A DNA stretch of 58,799 nt from Candidatus Zhuqueibacterota bacterium. Lineage in GTDB: Bacteria; Zhuqueibacterota; Zhuqueibacteria; Residuimicrobiales; Residuimicrobiaceae. Made by a program: the position numbers and the translations under genes. The notes below the pieces were generated by a model. The model made no database searches. It was given only the letters and a program-made list of their open reading frames with translations, and was not told the DNA's origin. The first letter of the stretch is position 1; each line of letters opens with the position of its first letter. Positions 28,951-38,900 of this stretch are shown here, piece after piece. The stretch covers positions 1-58,799 of the forward strand of contig JAFGSU010000516.1 in NCBI GenBank assembly GCA_016934435.1, in the 5' to 3' direction.

Positions 28951-30388
28951 CGGATTGGGAGCGCTAACATTGAACGATTTTGAAAAACAAAGAATACAAG
29001 CACATGAGAAACTAACTCAGGTGGGCCAGGAACATGTTCTGCGGTTTTGGCCGCAACTGTCACCTGCAGAGAAAGAGAACCTGTTAAAGCAAATAGAAGA
29101 CCTGGATTATGGTTATTTTGCTGCGATAAAAAATATTTCATTTACGGCAAAATCTGCCAAACGTTCGCTCGACGACTTGAAGCCATTTCCGGTGATATCG
29201 CTGGCGAGGTCCGAGGAGGAGCGCAACCGTTTTGAAATAGCCAGGCAGAAAGGTGAACAGCTGCTACAATCAGGGAAAATTGGCATCATTCTGGTCGCCG
29301 GTGGTCAGGGCACACGATTGGGATACGATGGGCCAAAGGGAACGATACCGGTTGGACCCGTCACATCCAGGTCCCTGTTTCAATACCATCTTGAAAAAAT
29401 GATTGCGATGGAAAGACGATACCGGATAACCCTGCCTCTTTACATCATGACCAGCACCTGGAACCACGCACAAACCCGAACCTACTTTGAGGAACATGAT
29501 TATTTTGGCAAGGATCCGGCAACGGTCACCTTTTTTAAACAACGTATGCTGCCGGTTCTCGACCAGGATAAAAAGATACTTTTGCAAGACGCACATACCA
29601 TTTCACTCGCGCCCGACGGGCATGGCGGTTTAGTGAACGCTATCGATAAGTATAACCTGATAGAGGATATGAAACAGCGCGGCCTGGAATTTTTATTTTA
29701 CTTTCAGGTTGATAATGTACTCGTGAAAATTTGTGATCCGACTTTTATAGGGTTTCACGCTCAGGCAGAGGCCGAAATGTCTGCAAAGACAGTGTACAAG
29801 TCCCATCCGGATGAAAGACTGGGCGTGATGGGACTGTTGAGCGGAAAACCCGTGGTCATTGAGTACACGGAAATGCCGCGCGAGTTAAAAGAAAAGCAGA
29901 ATGAAAAGGGCGTTCTGATTTTCGGTCAAGGGAGTATTGCTATTCACATGTTTGCGGTATCCTTTTTTGACCGGCTAATACAGGAGGGAGTGGCGTTACC
30001 CTATCATGTGGCACATAAGCAGGTGGATTATATCGATGCCGAGGGTAAAACGCAAAGGCCTTCTGAACCCAATGCTTACAAACTGGAACAATTTATTTTT
30101 GATGCGCTTCCTTATGCCCGGAGAGTCATGGCTATGGAAACGGAGCGTTCGGTGGATTTTAGCCCGATAAAAAACGCGGAGGGAGAGGATTCTCTCGATA
30201 CCGCCCGGCATGATTTGTGTGAATTATTTGCCGGTTGGCTGGAAGAAAACAGGTTAAAAGTTGCTCGCGACGCAGATGGAAAGCTGACGCAAAAAATTGA
30301 AATCAGCCCTCTCTATGCGTTGAACCCTTCTGATCTGGCGGGCAAGGTGACACAAGACATGTTAGGGACTGGCGATATTCTCCTGTAA
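28880..30388 (+). CDS. UDPGP-family UDP-sugar (UDP-N-acetylhexosamine-type) pyrophosphorylase
   Basis: Motifs present are QEHVLRFW, LVAGGQGTRLGYDGPKG and LAPDGHGG. The start is uncertain. The ATG at 28880 overlaps lon by 71 nt. The in-frame TTG at 28970 lies 9 nt after GGGAG and avoids the overlap. Confidence 0.85.
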   Translation: MSTSSIRSCKRLWQNAESIGEKNDGLGALTLNDFEKQRIQAHEKLTQVGQEHVLRFWPQLSPAEKENLLKQIEDLDYGYFAAIKNISFTAKSAKRSLDDLKPFPVISLARSEEERNRFEIARQKGEQLLQSGKIGIILVAGGQGTRLGYDGPKGTIPVGPVTSRSLFQYHLEKMIAMERRYRITLPLYIMTSTWNHAQTRTYFEEHDYFGKDPATVTFFKQRMLPVLDQDKKILLQDAHTISLAPDGHGGLVNAIDKYNLIEDMKQRGLEFLFYFQVDNVLVKICDPTFIGFHAQAEAEMSAKTVYKSHPDERLGVMGLLSGKPVVIEYTEMPRELKEKQNEKGVLIFGQGSIAIHMFAVSFFDRLIQEGVALPYHVAHKQVDYIDAEGKTQRPSEPNAYKLEQFIFDALPYARRVMAMETERSVDFSPIKNAEGEDSLDTARHDLCELFAGWLEENRLKVARDADGKLTQKIEISPLYALNPSDLAGKVTQDMLGTGDILL

Positions 30389-30421
30389 TAATAAAAAAGG
30401 ACGTCTACGACCGTTTTTTGA

Positions 30422-33400
30422 ATGAATGAATCTGCAAACATATCACGGAGATCACCAGGCAGAAAACCGAAACGCTGGTGGAAACGCGTTCTGCGATCCC
30501 TTCTGTTTATCATGCTTGGTATGACGCTGCTGCTGGTGGGTTTTTATGTTGTTCTGCGTATCTTATATCCCACTGAAAAGCTGAAGCAGATGGCTATTGA
30601 GATGGTAGCCGAGGGAGCTAATCGTCGTCTTGAACTGGGTGACACTTATATTCATCTATTGCATGGATTTGTATTTAATGACGTTCGTCTAACATTGCCG
30701 GCTGATACAATAGCAAGCGGGGATGTTTTCCCCATCCGTTATGCTTATTTTCGCAAAATTGAAATGCAATACAGTTTGCGCCAAATTTTAAAAAGAAGAA
30801 TCCTTATCAATAAAATAAATATTGAATCACCCGAGCTGGAAATTTTTGTCGATATGGAAACGCCTTCTGCCATCGACCTGGCGGAGCTTATCAGAACAGA
30901 TACGGGATTCAATCTCCATTTAAACGAGCTTTCATTTCAGGATGCCAAATTTAAAATTATATTGGGTTATTCACAACTGGTGCAAAATATACATATCAGT
31001 CATCTAAGTTGTTATCTGGAGCAAATCCAGTTGCCACGCGGTGGTCTTGTGCAAAACGATAGTCTTTTTCAGGCAAACATCAAGGTCGTCAGTAAAAATT
31101 GCAAATTGCTCATCGAACAGATAAACCGGCTCGAGGAACGTACCCTGAGTGCGACGGGGACGGTTAATCTCAAGGCAGAGTTTGAAGCAAAAAGCCTCGC
31201 AGATTTGAAATTCGATTTTGATTTTTTGATGAATAACCTGATGATGACGGATGATTCGCAATTGGGTCTGACACAGTATCAGATAGACGCGCCCTTAAAC
31301 ATTAATTTAGGCTTGCATGCCGACGCAAAAAGAGAGGCGATATGGCTGGATTCCCTCTGTATGGATATCGACGGCCGGACCTGGCTTCGCCTTGTCGCAC
31401 AGGTTGACAGTCTATCATCCATTGCCCGGTTTAAAGCGAAGGTTGAAAAGAGCCGGATACCGATTATGCAATTGCTCGACCTAACTCAGGAGTGGCTGCC
31501 GGAGTCGTTTGTGCAGCGATTCAAACCGATGAATCAAAATGCCTCCCTATCGCTTGCGGGCTCATCCGCGAACGGCTCTTTGCAGGGCGATATGAATTTC
31601 GCAGCCCGTGTTCGTCTCCTGCCAACCGGATTCGTTTACCGTGGTGATTCTCTCCACTATTTTATTGCCGGTTTTTCTCTTGATGTCGGTGCACAAGGAC
31701 TATATTCTTCTGTTGGTCTACAGTCGATAGGATTGAACGCTCAAACGCGTTTTGATACGCTGGATATCAGATTGTTGCAGCAGCCATATTTCTACTCGGG
31801 CGGCGGCAGCCTGTCTGCGGAGATAGACCTGAATTCACAATTAGTCCCGACCACTATTAAAAGTGAACTGCAGGTGGATAATTTACTGGGTGCACAACTC
31901 CTTGGTGGATTAGAACTAACATCAAAGTCAACCATTCACAACATGGCCGGCAGTGGATTCGTCCGCCTTTATGATCTGGATTTGAGCAGGATTCCTGACA
32001 CGCACATAAAGGGAGATGCTGCGATGCGCTTCACTGTTGCCATGCAGACGCTCGATGACATTAATGCCCAATTATCACTGAATACCGGATCGCTGACGGT
32101 CGCGCAGGAAGATGAGCCGCTGATATTCTCCCCCGCTAATTTTACCGTGCGTTCACGAGCGCGATTGGATTCTTCTTTTAAGATAGTCCGTTTGGATAGC
32201 CTCCGTATGGAATTGAACAAGATATTTGCAGCCAAGCTCATTGCCTCGATATCTCTGTCTGATCCTATCCAAGCCTGGTTGAATCTGGAAGATTTTACCC
32301 TGAACCATCAAGCGATGATGGATTTTGTCCCCGAAACGATTCGCGAACGCATCTCGGAACCGCAACTATTGGGATCCACTCACATCAAGGCGGAAGCGAA
32401 TCTGGGAATGAAGCGTGAAGATCTGGATTATCGTGTAAAGGGTCATTTATATACCCAGAATACTTCCTATTATGCGCCAGCACAATTTCTCGCTATCGTC
32501 GGACTCGATTTGAACGCCGATTTTGCAGTTGATTCGCAAACAGGCGGTGAGGTTGGCTTTAAACTGCATCTGGATTCATTACGAAATAGTACCGTCGGCG
32601 CCGTTTCCTTTGCGAATAATCGTTTACATTTCAATGCAAAAAGTGTAAAGTTTTCTACCCTTGAACTCAGGGATGGAATGATAGAGTTGCCCGATTTATT
32701 CGCAATCGGCAAGTTTTCTGGGCGGATAGAAAATTTAACCGGCTCTCCTTCTGTTGATGCCCGGTTCCATCTTCAACAGGATGTTCGCGACACATTGCAT
32801 CTACCGATGAACATGCGAATGATTGGCAAAAGCGATCTCGATCTCGATTTTCAGATGGACTCCACCCGGGCGATCATCAATGCAAATATATTGACGAATG
32901 CTTTATCGCTGTTTCTATCTAAAAGTACTGCTATCCAGGATGTCAACGCCCGACTATCGATCAGCCAGGATATCGATCTTAAACAGGGAAGGCTGGTTGG
33001 AAGCCCGCACTATACCGTACTCACACCGAGCAGCGCCTTGATGGATTATCTGGTATATCGCGATTATTATCATGCTGAAAACCTGCCGCTTTCCAGGATT
33101 ACGATTGCCCGCATCGATTTTGCCGACTATCGTATCGAAGATATATCTCTGGATCTGTTTTATAAAGAAAGCCGTTTAGAGATTTCGGCTTTGATGGCAA
33201 AAATGTATGGCGGCAATGTCGCCGGTCGTCTCGCCCTGGATTTGGCTCAAGGGGAGTTGAACCGCGCCTCGTATACCGTCAACGCCCATTTTGCCAATAT
33301 TAACTCCAACTTGATTTTGCCCAAACGAAAGAGAGATACACAAGAGGGCATCATAAACGGTAATTTGGATTTGCATGGATCAGGACTCGATCCGGAATCG

Positions 33401-33706
33401 GAATTTGATATTCAGGGACAGGTTTATTTCACAGAGATCGGCCCGCGGGTGGCCGATAATATCCTGCGGTCTCTGGATCCCCAGGGAAAGGATTCGGGTA
33501 TCCGCACCACTCGTATGCTCATTAATCGTGGTTTTAAGCCTGAATTGATGACCTTTATTTTACGACATGGATATCTTTATCCTACCATCATATTTAACCA
33601 ACCCTGGTATCTGCCGGTTCGGTTAAGCGGCGGTAAGGTGGAATTGGCGCGTATCCCGCTTGAATTTTTTATTAAGAGCACCTCTCCTTCTTCTATTGCT
33701 CCCTGA
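30422..33706 (+). CDS. AsmA-like / YdbH-like giant envelope-spanning protein (putative inter-membrane lipid transport)
   Basis: 1094 aa. A basic N-terminus and single TM (LLFIMLGMTLLLVGFYVVL) are followed by about 1000 aa of amphipathic beta-rich sequence. A YdbL/DUF1318 gene follows directly, as in the E. coli ydbH-ynbE-ydbL operon. Confidence 0.65.
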   Translation: MNESANISRRSPGRKPKRWWKRVLRSLLFIMLGMTLLLVGFYVVLRILYPTEKLKQMAIEMVAEGANRRLELGDTYIHLLHGFVFNDVRLTLPADTIASGDVFPIRYAYFRKIEMQYSLRQILKRRILINKINIESPELEIFVDMETPSAIDLAELIRTDTGFNLHLNELSFQDAKFKIILGYSQLVQNIHISHLSCYLEQIQLPRGGLVQNDSLFQANIKVVSKNCKLLIEQINRLEERTLSATGTVNLKAEFEAKSLADLKFDFDFLMNNLMMTDDSQLGLTQYQIDAPLNINLGLHADAKREAIWLDSLCMDIDGRTWLRLVAQVDSLSSIARFKAKVEKSRIPIMQLLDLTQEWLPESFVQRFKPMNQNASLSLAGSSANGSLQGDMNFAARVRLLPTGFVYRGDSLHYFIAGFSLDVGAQGLYSSVGLQSIGLNAQTRFDTLDIRLLQQPYFYSGGGSLSAEIDLNSQLVPTTIKSELQVDNLLGAQLLGGLELTSKSTIHNMAGSGFVRLYDLDLSRIPDTHIKGDAAMRFTVAMQTLDDINAQLSLNTGSLTVAQEDEPLIFSPANFTVRSRARLDSSFKIVRLDSLRMELNKIFAAKLIASISLSDPIQAWLNLEDFTLNHQAMMDFVPETIRERISEPQLLGSTHIKAEANLGMKREDLDYRVKGHLYTQNTSYYAPAQFLAIVGLDLNADFAVDSQTGGEVGFKLHLDSLRNSTVGAVSFANNRLHFNAKSVKFSTLELRDGMIELPDLFAIGKFSGRIENLTGSPSVDARFHLQQDVRDTLHLPMNMRMIGKSDLDLDFQMDSTRAIINANILTNALSLFLSKSTAIQDVNARLSISQDIDLKQGRLVGSPHYTVLTPSSALMDYLVYRDYYHAENLPLSRITIARIDFADYRIEDISLDLFYKESRLEISALMAKMYGGNVAGRLALDLAQGELNRASYTVNAHFANINSNLILPKRKRDTQEGIINGNLDLHGSGLDPESEFDIQGQVYFTEIGPRVADNILRSLDPQGKDSGIRTTRMLINRGFKPELMTFILRHGYLYPTIIFNQPWYLPVRLSGGKVELARIPLEFFIKSTSPSSIAP

Positions 33707-33727
33707 GGTGCCTGAGGAGGTAAAAAA

Positions 33728-34300
33728 ATGAAAAACTATATGGTTGCTTTAGTTGTTTTCTTCTCACTCCTGTTCGGATTGCAATGCAGCATAAGAGCGC
33801 CGGAGCTAAATGTGACCGGAGAAAAGACCGCACTGGAAAATCAGGTTCTCGGGACCTATAAGCAGCTCGAGAGCGACACCTGGTTGATCGCTTCAAGTCG
33901 CGCAATCGGCAGCAATACCAACGTTGAAATGCCCAGCGCAAAAAAAGAGGTGATGGAAGCGGTGCAAAATCGAAAGTTTAACAAAGATGATGTCGATGAA
34001 TTAAAACGCGAAAAAGTGATTGGGGAGAACAACCGGGGTTATGTGGAGGTTTTGCCTCACGAAAAATATCAGACGGATGAAGATTTTAAAAGGTATGTCG
34101 ATCAAATCGTTTCTGAGGAGAACCGCGATCGTCAGATCATTTTTGCGCGGATTATCATGATTAACGAGGCGTCCGCCGGCGCGGACAAAGAAAAGGTGAA
34201 CGATGTGCTGTGCAAACTCAATTATGACAATTCTGAACCGGGAACCATGATACAAACAGAAGAAGGGGAATGGATCGAAAAACCGGAATCTGAAAAGTAA
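33728..34300 (+). CDS. YdbL-like DUF1318 periplasmic protein
   Basis: A signal peptide is present. Two segments (...EVMEAVQNRKFNKDDVDELKREKVIGENNRGYVEV... and ...IVSEENRDRQIIFARI...) match the DUF1318 pattern. GAGGAGG lies upstream of the ATG. Confidence 0.65.
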   Translation: MKNYMVALVVFFSLLFGLQCSIRAPELNVTGEKTALENQVLGTYKQLESDTWLIASSRAIGSNTNVEMPSAKKEVMEAVQNRKFNKDDVDELKREKVIGENNRGYVEVLPHEKYQTDEDFKRYVDQIVSEENRDRQIIFARIIMINEASAGADKEKVNDVLCKLNYDNSEPGTMIQTEEGEWIEKPESEK

Positions 34301-34390
34301 AAGTCATAGCACATTGACCCGGTTATTGCTGTGCCTTCATCTGCCTGAAGCAACGATTTTCAGGCGCGCGATTCTAAAAAAATAGGTCCA

Positions 34391-35950
34391 GTGGTGCTGA
34401 GAGGTAAGGTCTGGAGGAAATATTTATTTGTTATCGTTCTGATTGCATTGATAGTGCGTGGAATCGGCATCATAACGAAACATACATGGACTCATGATGA
34501 GACCGTTTCCTACATGGCTGCTACCGGTCATCAGGGCGAATATCTGCGGACGATACAAATGAAAAACCCCCCATATGGGGCATGGGCAACCTGTAGAGAA
34601 TGGAAAACCTTTGTTCAGGCGGATAGTCGATTTTGTTTTTCAATTATCAGCCGCGACCTGATGGAAAGTGATGTCCATCCACCTCTGTATTTTTGGCTTT
34701 TACATCTATTCTCTCTGGTCAATAAAGTAAAATTATCGACGGGCATTTGGCTGAATATGCTTCTGGTGTGCCTGAGTTCTTTATTGCTTTGGAAATTGGC
34801 TCTACAGGTGTGCCAGGATGAACGGCTTGCATTGTTTGCTGTCGCTTTGTGGGCTTGGAGTCCTGCAGTTATCCCGATCAGCCTTGAAGCCCGGCCTTAT
34901 GAGTTACTGGCATTGGCGGCCATACTATTCGTCCTGGAACTAGTGCGATTTGCCGATTCGTCCGGGAGGCGAAGAACTGCTTTAATCGGTTTGTCATTCG
35001 CCACCTTATTAGGTGTTCTCACGCATTACCATTTTTATATTTTACTGTTTTGTGGTTTGATATATATCGTTTACCTGTCAATACGAATGCGGCTGAAATC
35101 AATACTAATGGCGCTCATAGCCATTATGGTCGCCTTACTGGCGGGTCATTTTGTTCATCCCGGACTATTCAAAGCGATAAAACGGATGGGATCCGAGCTG
35201 ATCTTTTTCGATGGCATAATTAAAAGGCTGGACAGAACGGCACTGGCGGCATCTTCGTTTCTCAGTAATATTCATCTGTTTCAGTATATCCTGATTGCTG
35301 TCGGAATATATTTTTTGATCAGTTTTATGGTAAAATACAGGTACAGACGAACAACCTGGAGGAGGGAGACCTCCCCTGCAGGCGCTGTTTTATTTCTGGG
35401 ATTCGGTTTTTTCTTCATTACCGTTTTTCTGTTTATTCTGGGATTTTCGCCTGCTCACGCTATGGGAGAGAAGTATCTGTGTGTTGTTTGGCCATTAGCC
35501 GCGGTTTTTGCGGCCGCTCTGTTAACTCTAAAAGATGTTCGTCATCAATTGCTTCCGGTTTTTATAATGGTTTTCATTTTTTTACAGAGCGCCATTATAC
35601 TATCGCTCCCTTTTTTTGAAAACCTGGAGCAAAGGGATATTAGATCTCTTTTGAGAAAACCCGATGCCGTTGTCGTGGATAATGTTGCGCGCGGAGAATT
35701 GTTGCGTTTGATCTGGTATGTGCCGGAGGACAAACAGGTATTTGCCGCCAATCAGTCCGATTTGTTGCAGCAACCGGCATGGAGTCGGGACCTGACCTGC
35801 AATACGATGTTCATCAGTAAATGCTCGTATGGAAATACGGCTGAACGACAAAAAGAAATATTAAAAAAATGGCCCTTGAATTGCGAATTAATCCGATTCA
35901 ATGGCTCCCCTTATTTATCGGGGCAGCTTTTTTTTGCTGCGGATAGGTAA
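34391..35950 (+). CDS. GT-C fold glycosyltransferase (ArnT/PMT, GT39/GT83-like)
   Basis: 519 aa with 10 or more TM segments. HDETVSY sits in the first loop, an Asp-Glu motif typical of GT-C enzymes. There is a soluble C-terminal domain. The start is a GTG. Confidence 0.55.
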   Translation: MVLRGKVWRKYLFVIVLIALIVRGIGIITKHTWTHDETVSYMAATGHQGEYLRTIQMKNPPYGAWATCREWKTFVQADSRFCFSIISRDLMESDVHPPLYFWLLHLFSLVNKVKLSTGIWLNMLLVCLSSLLLWKLALQVCQDERLALFAVALWAWSPAVIPISLEARPYELLALAAILFVLELVRFADSSGRRRTALIGLSFATLLGVLTHYHFYILLFCGLIYIVYLSIRMRLKSILMALIAIMVALLAGHFVHPGLFKAIKRMGSELIFFDGIIKRLDRTALAASSFLSNIHLFQYILIAVGIYFLISFMVKYRYRRTTWRRETSPAGAVLFLGFGFFFITVFLFILGFSPAHAMGEKYLCVVWPLAAVFAAALLTLKDVRHQLLPVFIMVFIFLQSAIILSLPFFENLEQRDIRSLLRKPDAVVVDNVARGELLRLIWYVPEDKQVFAANQSDLLQQPAWSRDLTCNTMFISKCSYGNTAERQKEILKKWPLNCELIRFNGSPYLSGQLFFAADR

Positions 35951-35955
35951 CCATC

Positions 35956-38900
35956 ATGGAACATAACTCGATCATATTCAGGCTGCGGTTCGCACCCATC
36001 ATACTCCTGGCCGGTTGGTTGCTGCTCGGCGTGAAAGAGGTGGCTTGGTCGCAAGATGCGGAAAGTTCCGTTGAAAAGCCGGATTTTTATCAGGTAACCA
36101 CTCATCCGGATATTGATTTGTCGCCTCGGATTTCGCCGGATGGCAAATGGATGGCTTATGTTGTACGGCAAACATATAATTTTGATATATGGGTTCGCGG
36201 AACCCGAGGGGGGCGGACGCGGCAGATTACTTATACACAAGCCGACGATTTTTATCCGGTATGGTCTCCGGACAGCAAATCATTGTTCTACGTCAGCCAG
36301 ACAAAAGATGCAGCTGGCGATATTTGGCGCATCCGCTTGAAGGAAGTCAAGCGCAGCATGTTCCCCAAAGGCGAACCGGAGCGTATCACCGATTACCAGG
36401 GATTTGATGGATATCCAGCCGTTTCCGGTGATGGCAAAAAGATCGCATTCGTTTCGGATCGCAGCGGTCGCGATGAAATCTGGCTTTATGATGAAGACAC
36501 CCGTCTGACCGGTCAACTCACTTTTTTGGGCGGCACCCACCCCGCCTGGGGCGTTAACAAGAATTTACTCGCCTTTACTTCGTTTCGATCCGATCCGCAC
36601 TGCAATGGTGACATCTGGCTGATGGATCTGACTGAAAATAATCCCGCGAGTGCTTTGGAAAGTAAAAATCAAGAATCGCCTGAGCCGGCTGTCTGGCCAT
36701 TAACATATGGTCCTGCAGCGGATGGATTTCCATCCTGGTCGCCCGATGCAAACCGGATTGTCTTTTTACGCTTTGAGTTTGATACCAACGGGGACGGTGT
36801 TTTATCTCCGGCTGATTGCGGAGAACTCTGGCACATCAAAGTTGGAGTACCCCCGGAAGAATCAATGCAATCCGAGTTGCTCCAATCTCCATTCAGGGAT
36901 TTACTGCAAAGATCTTTTAATCCGATGATGGTGAGGGCAGCTACTCCGTTGACGAGCAGCGGTACAAATATTATGCAACCATGGTATGGCGGTGACCGGA
37001 GGGTATATTTTACTTCAGACCGGGGAGGGAATCTAGATATCTGGTCTATCCCTGAAAGTGGTCCCATCCCCAGACAGGAAAATGTGCAAAGCCAGCTCGA
37101 TTATGTCGATCAGATGTATCCCCTGAATGCACGGGCATCCCTGCAAAGTTTGGGGCCATTATACCTTGGCTTCCGTGAGCTCTCTTTCTCGTCCAAAGAA
37201 CGCCGCACGCTTTGGGATCGTATATTGGCCTTGAAATATGTTATTGAGTATTTTCCCGAAGAACCGGCCATAACGGCGCAAACTGTTTATGAATTGGGCG
37301 TCAATTATGCCTTTTTAGGTTTTGAAAGGCAGGCAAGAGATTATTGGCAGACCTTATTGCAACGTTTTGCCGATGAACGAAGAATTGCCTTCTATTCTGA
37401 ATTGGCTTTGCTGGGATTGAAGGTTGATACAACTCCAGATGTTCGTATGGCTGAGGACTTTAGAAGGGAAATCAACAGTTTAATAGAAAAATATAAGGAT
37501 CAGGTTGAACCGGCTTCGGTTGCTCAAATTGCTGTCGGTGATCTTTTTTACCTCTCGGGCGATCATATGCGCGCGTTCCAGGAATATGCCAAGGTTCAGA
37601 AAAATTATGCAAAACAACGAGATGCCTGTGCCGCAAGTCAATTAAAGATAGGCGATGTCTTTAAAGAATTTGCATCCCAGCAGGAGGTCATAAACGCCTA
37701 TCTCGAAGTGCTTAAGAATTATCCGGATCAGAGGCAATGGATGGTGCCGGCTCGCGAAAGGATACTCCAAATCCTCACCGAAGGTACTCATAGCGATCAG
37801 GAGCTTATCTCGCGCTACCGGGAAATAGCTGGTCAATATACAGATTTTGGAATCCTGGCTGTGGAGGCACAGTATAGAATAGGACAATTACTCTATAAGA
37901 TTGGGGATTATAGAGAGGCGGGGCAAGAATACGAAGTCATCGAAACGCTGTTTCCGTCTCTTCCTGTGGAAGTCTTCAATGCACAGATGGGGAGAACGGA
38001 GGCGTTGATACAGTCCGGCGAAAGTATGAAAGCCTTTGATTTGTTGCAGTCGCTTGTTATAAAACATAAAGACTCGAATAAGGCTTTTGCAAATCAGGCT
38101 GAAAATAAATTGGTACAAGCCTATCTGTATTCGGCTGATCAATTGCGAGGGGGTGGGGATTTACAATTAGCCAGCGTTCGCTACCGAGCAGCGTGGATGA
38201 TTGATCTGCGCAACATCCACGCTCATAGAGGATATCTGGAATGCAAGTATTACATGCGGGCTATTGATGATGCCATTATCGAATACAGACAGTTAAACAC
38301 ACTTAATCCCGGCAATAACATTTTGCAATACGCTTTAGGATTGGCTTATTCTTATAAAGGCACGGAAAAAGCGGAATTGGATGGTGATCCGGATGGCCTC
38401 GATCCCTATTATCTGGTTTCGAGATCGGGTGGTACCATCGCCCGCGCCCTTTCCCTCGATTATACCCTGGTTCCGGCTTATTTAACCATAAGCTATAATG
38501 CTGAGATGATGGAAAATTATGAGGCGAGACAAAGAAGCAAGCCGAAACCTTTTTTAACCAAGGTGTGGCGTACCCTCACCGCTCCTATTATCAGTTTATA
38601 TCACAGCTTGACGTTTTATGAAGAAACCAAGCCGGTGCGATATTATGAAAGGGCAATACACGAGCTAAACAAGGCTATCGTGCTAAACGATGAGACTGTT
38701 GATCCCAAACTGGAAGCGAGTCTGGCGCTTAATTTAGCCAATAACTACTACAACCTCGGCGAGTTTGGCTATGAGAAAGCGTATGAATTTTATCAAGTCA
38801 AACTGAAATACGATTCTGCCTTTGTTGACAAACAGCGGCAGGCCTTAATTTACGAACGCATGGGGCACTGTGCGCTGGTTACGGAAGATTTACAAAAAGG

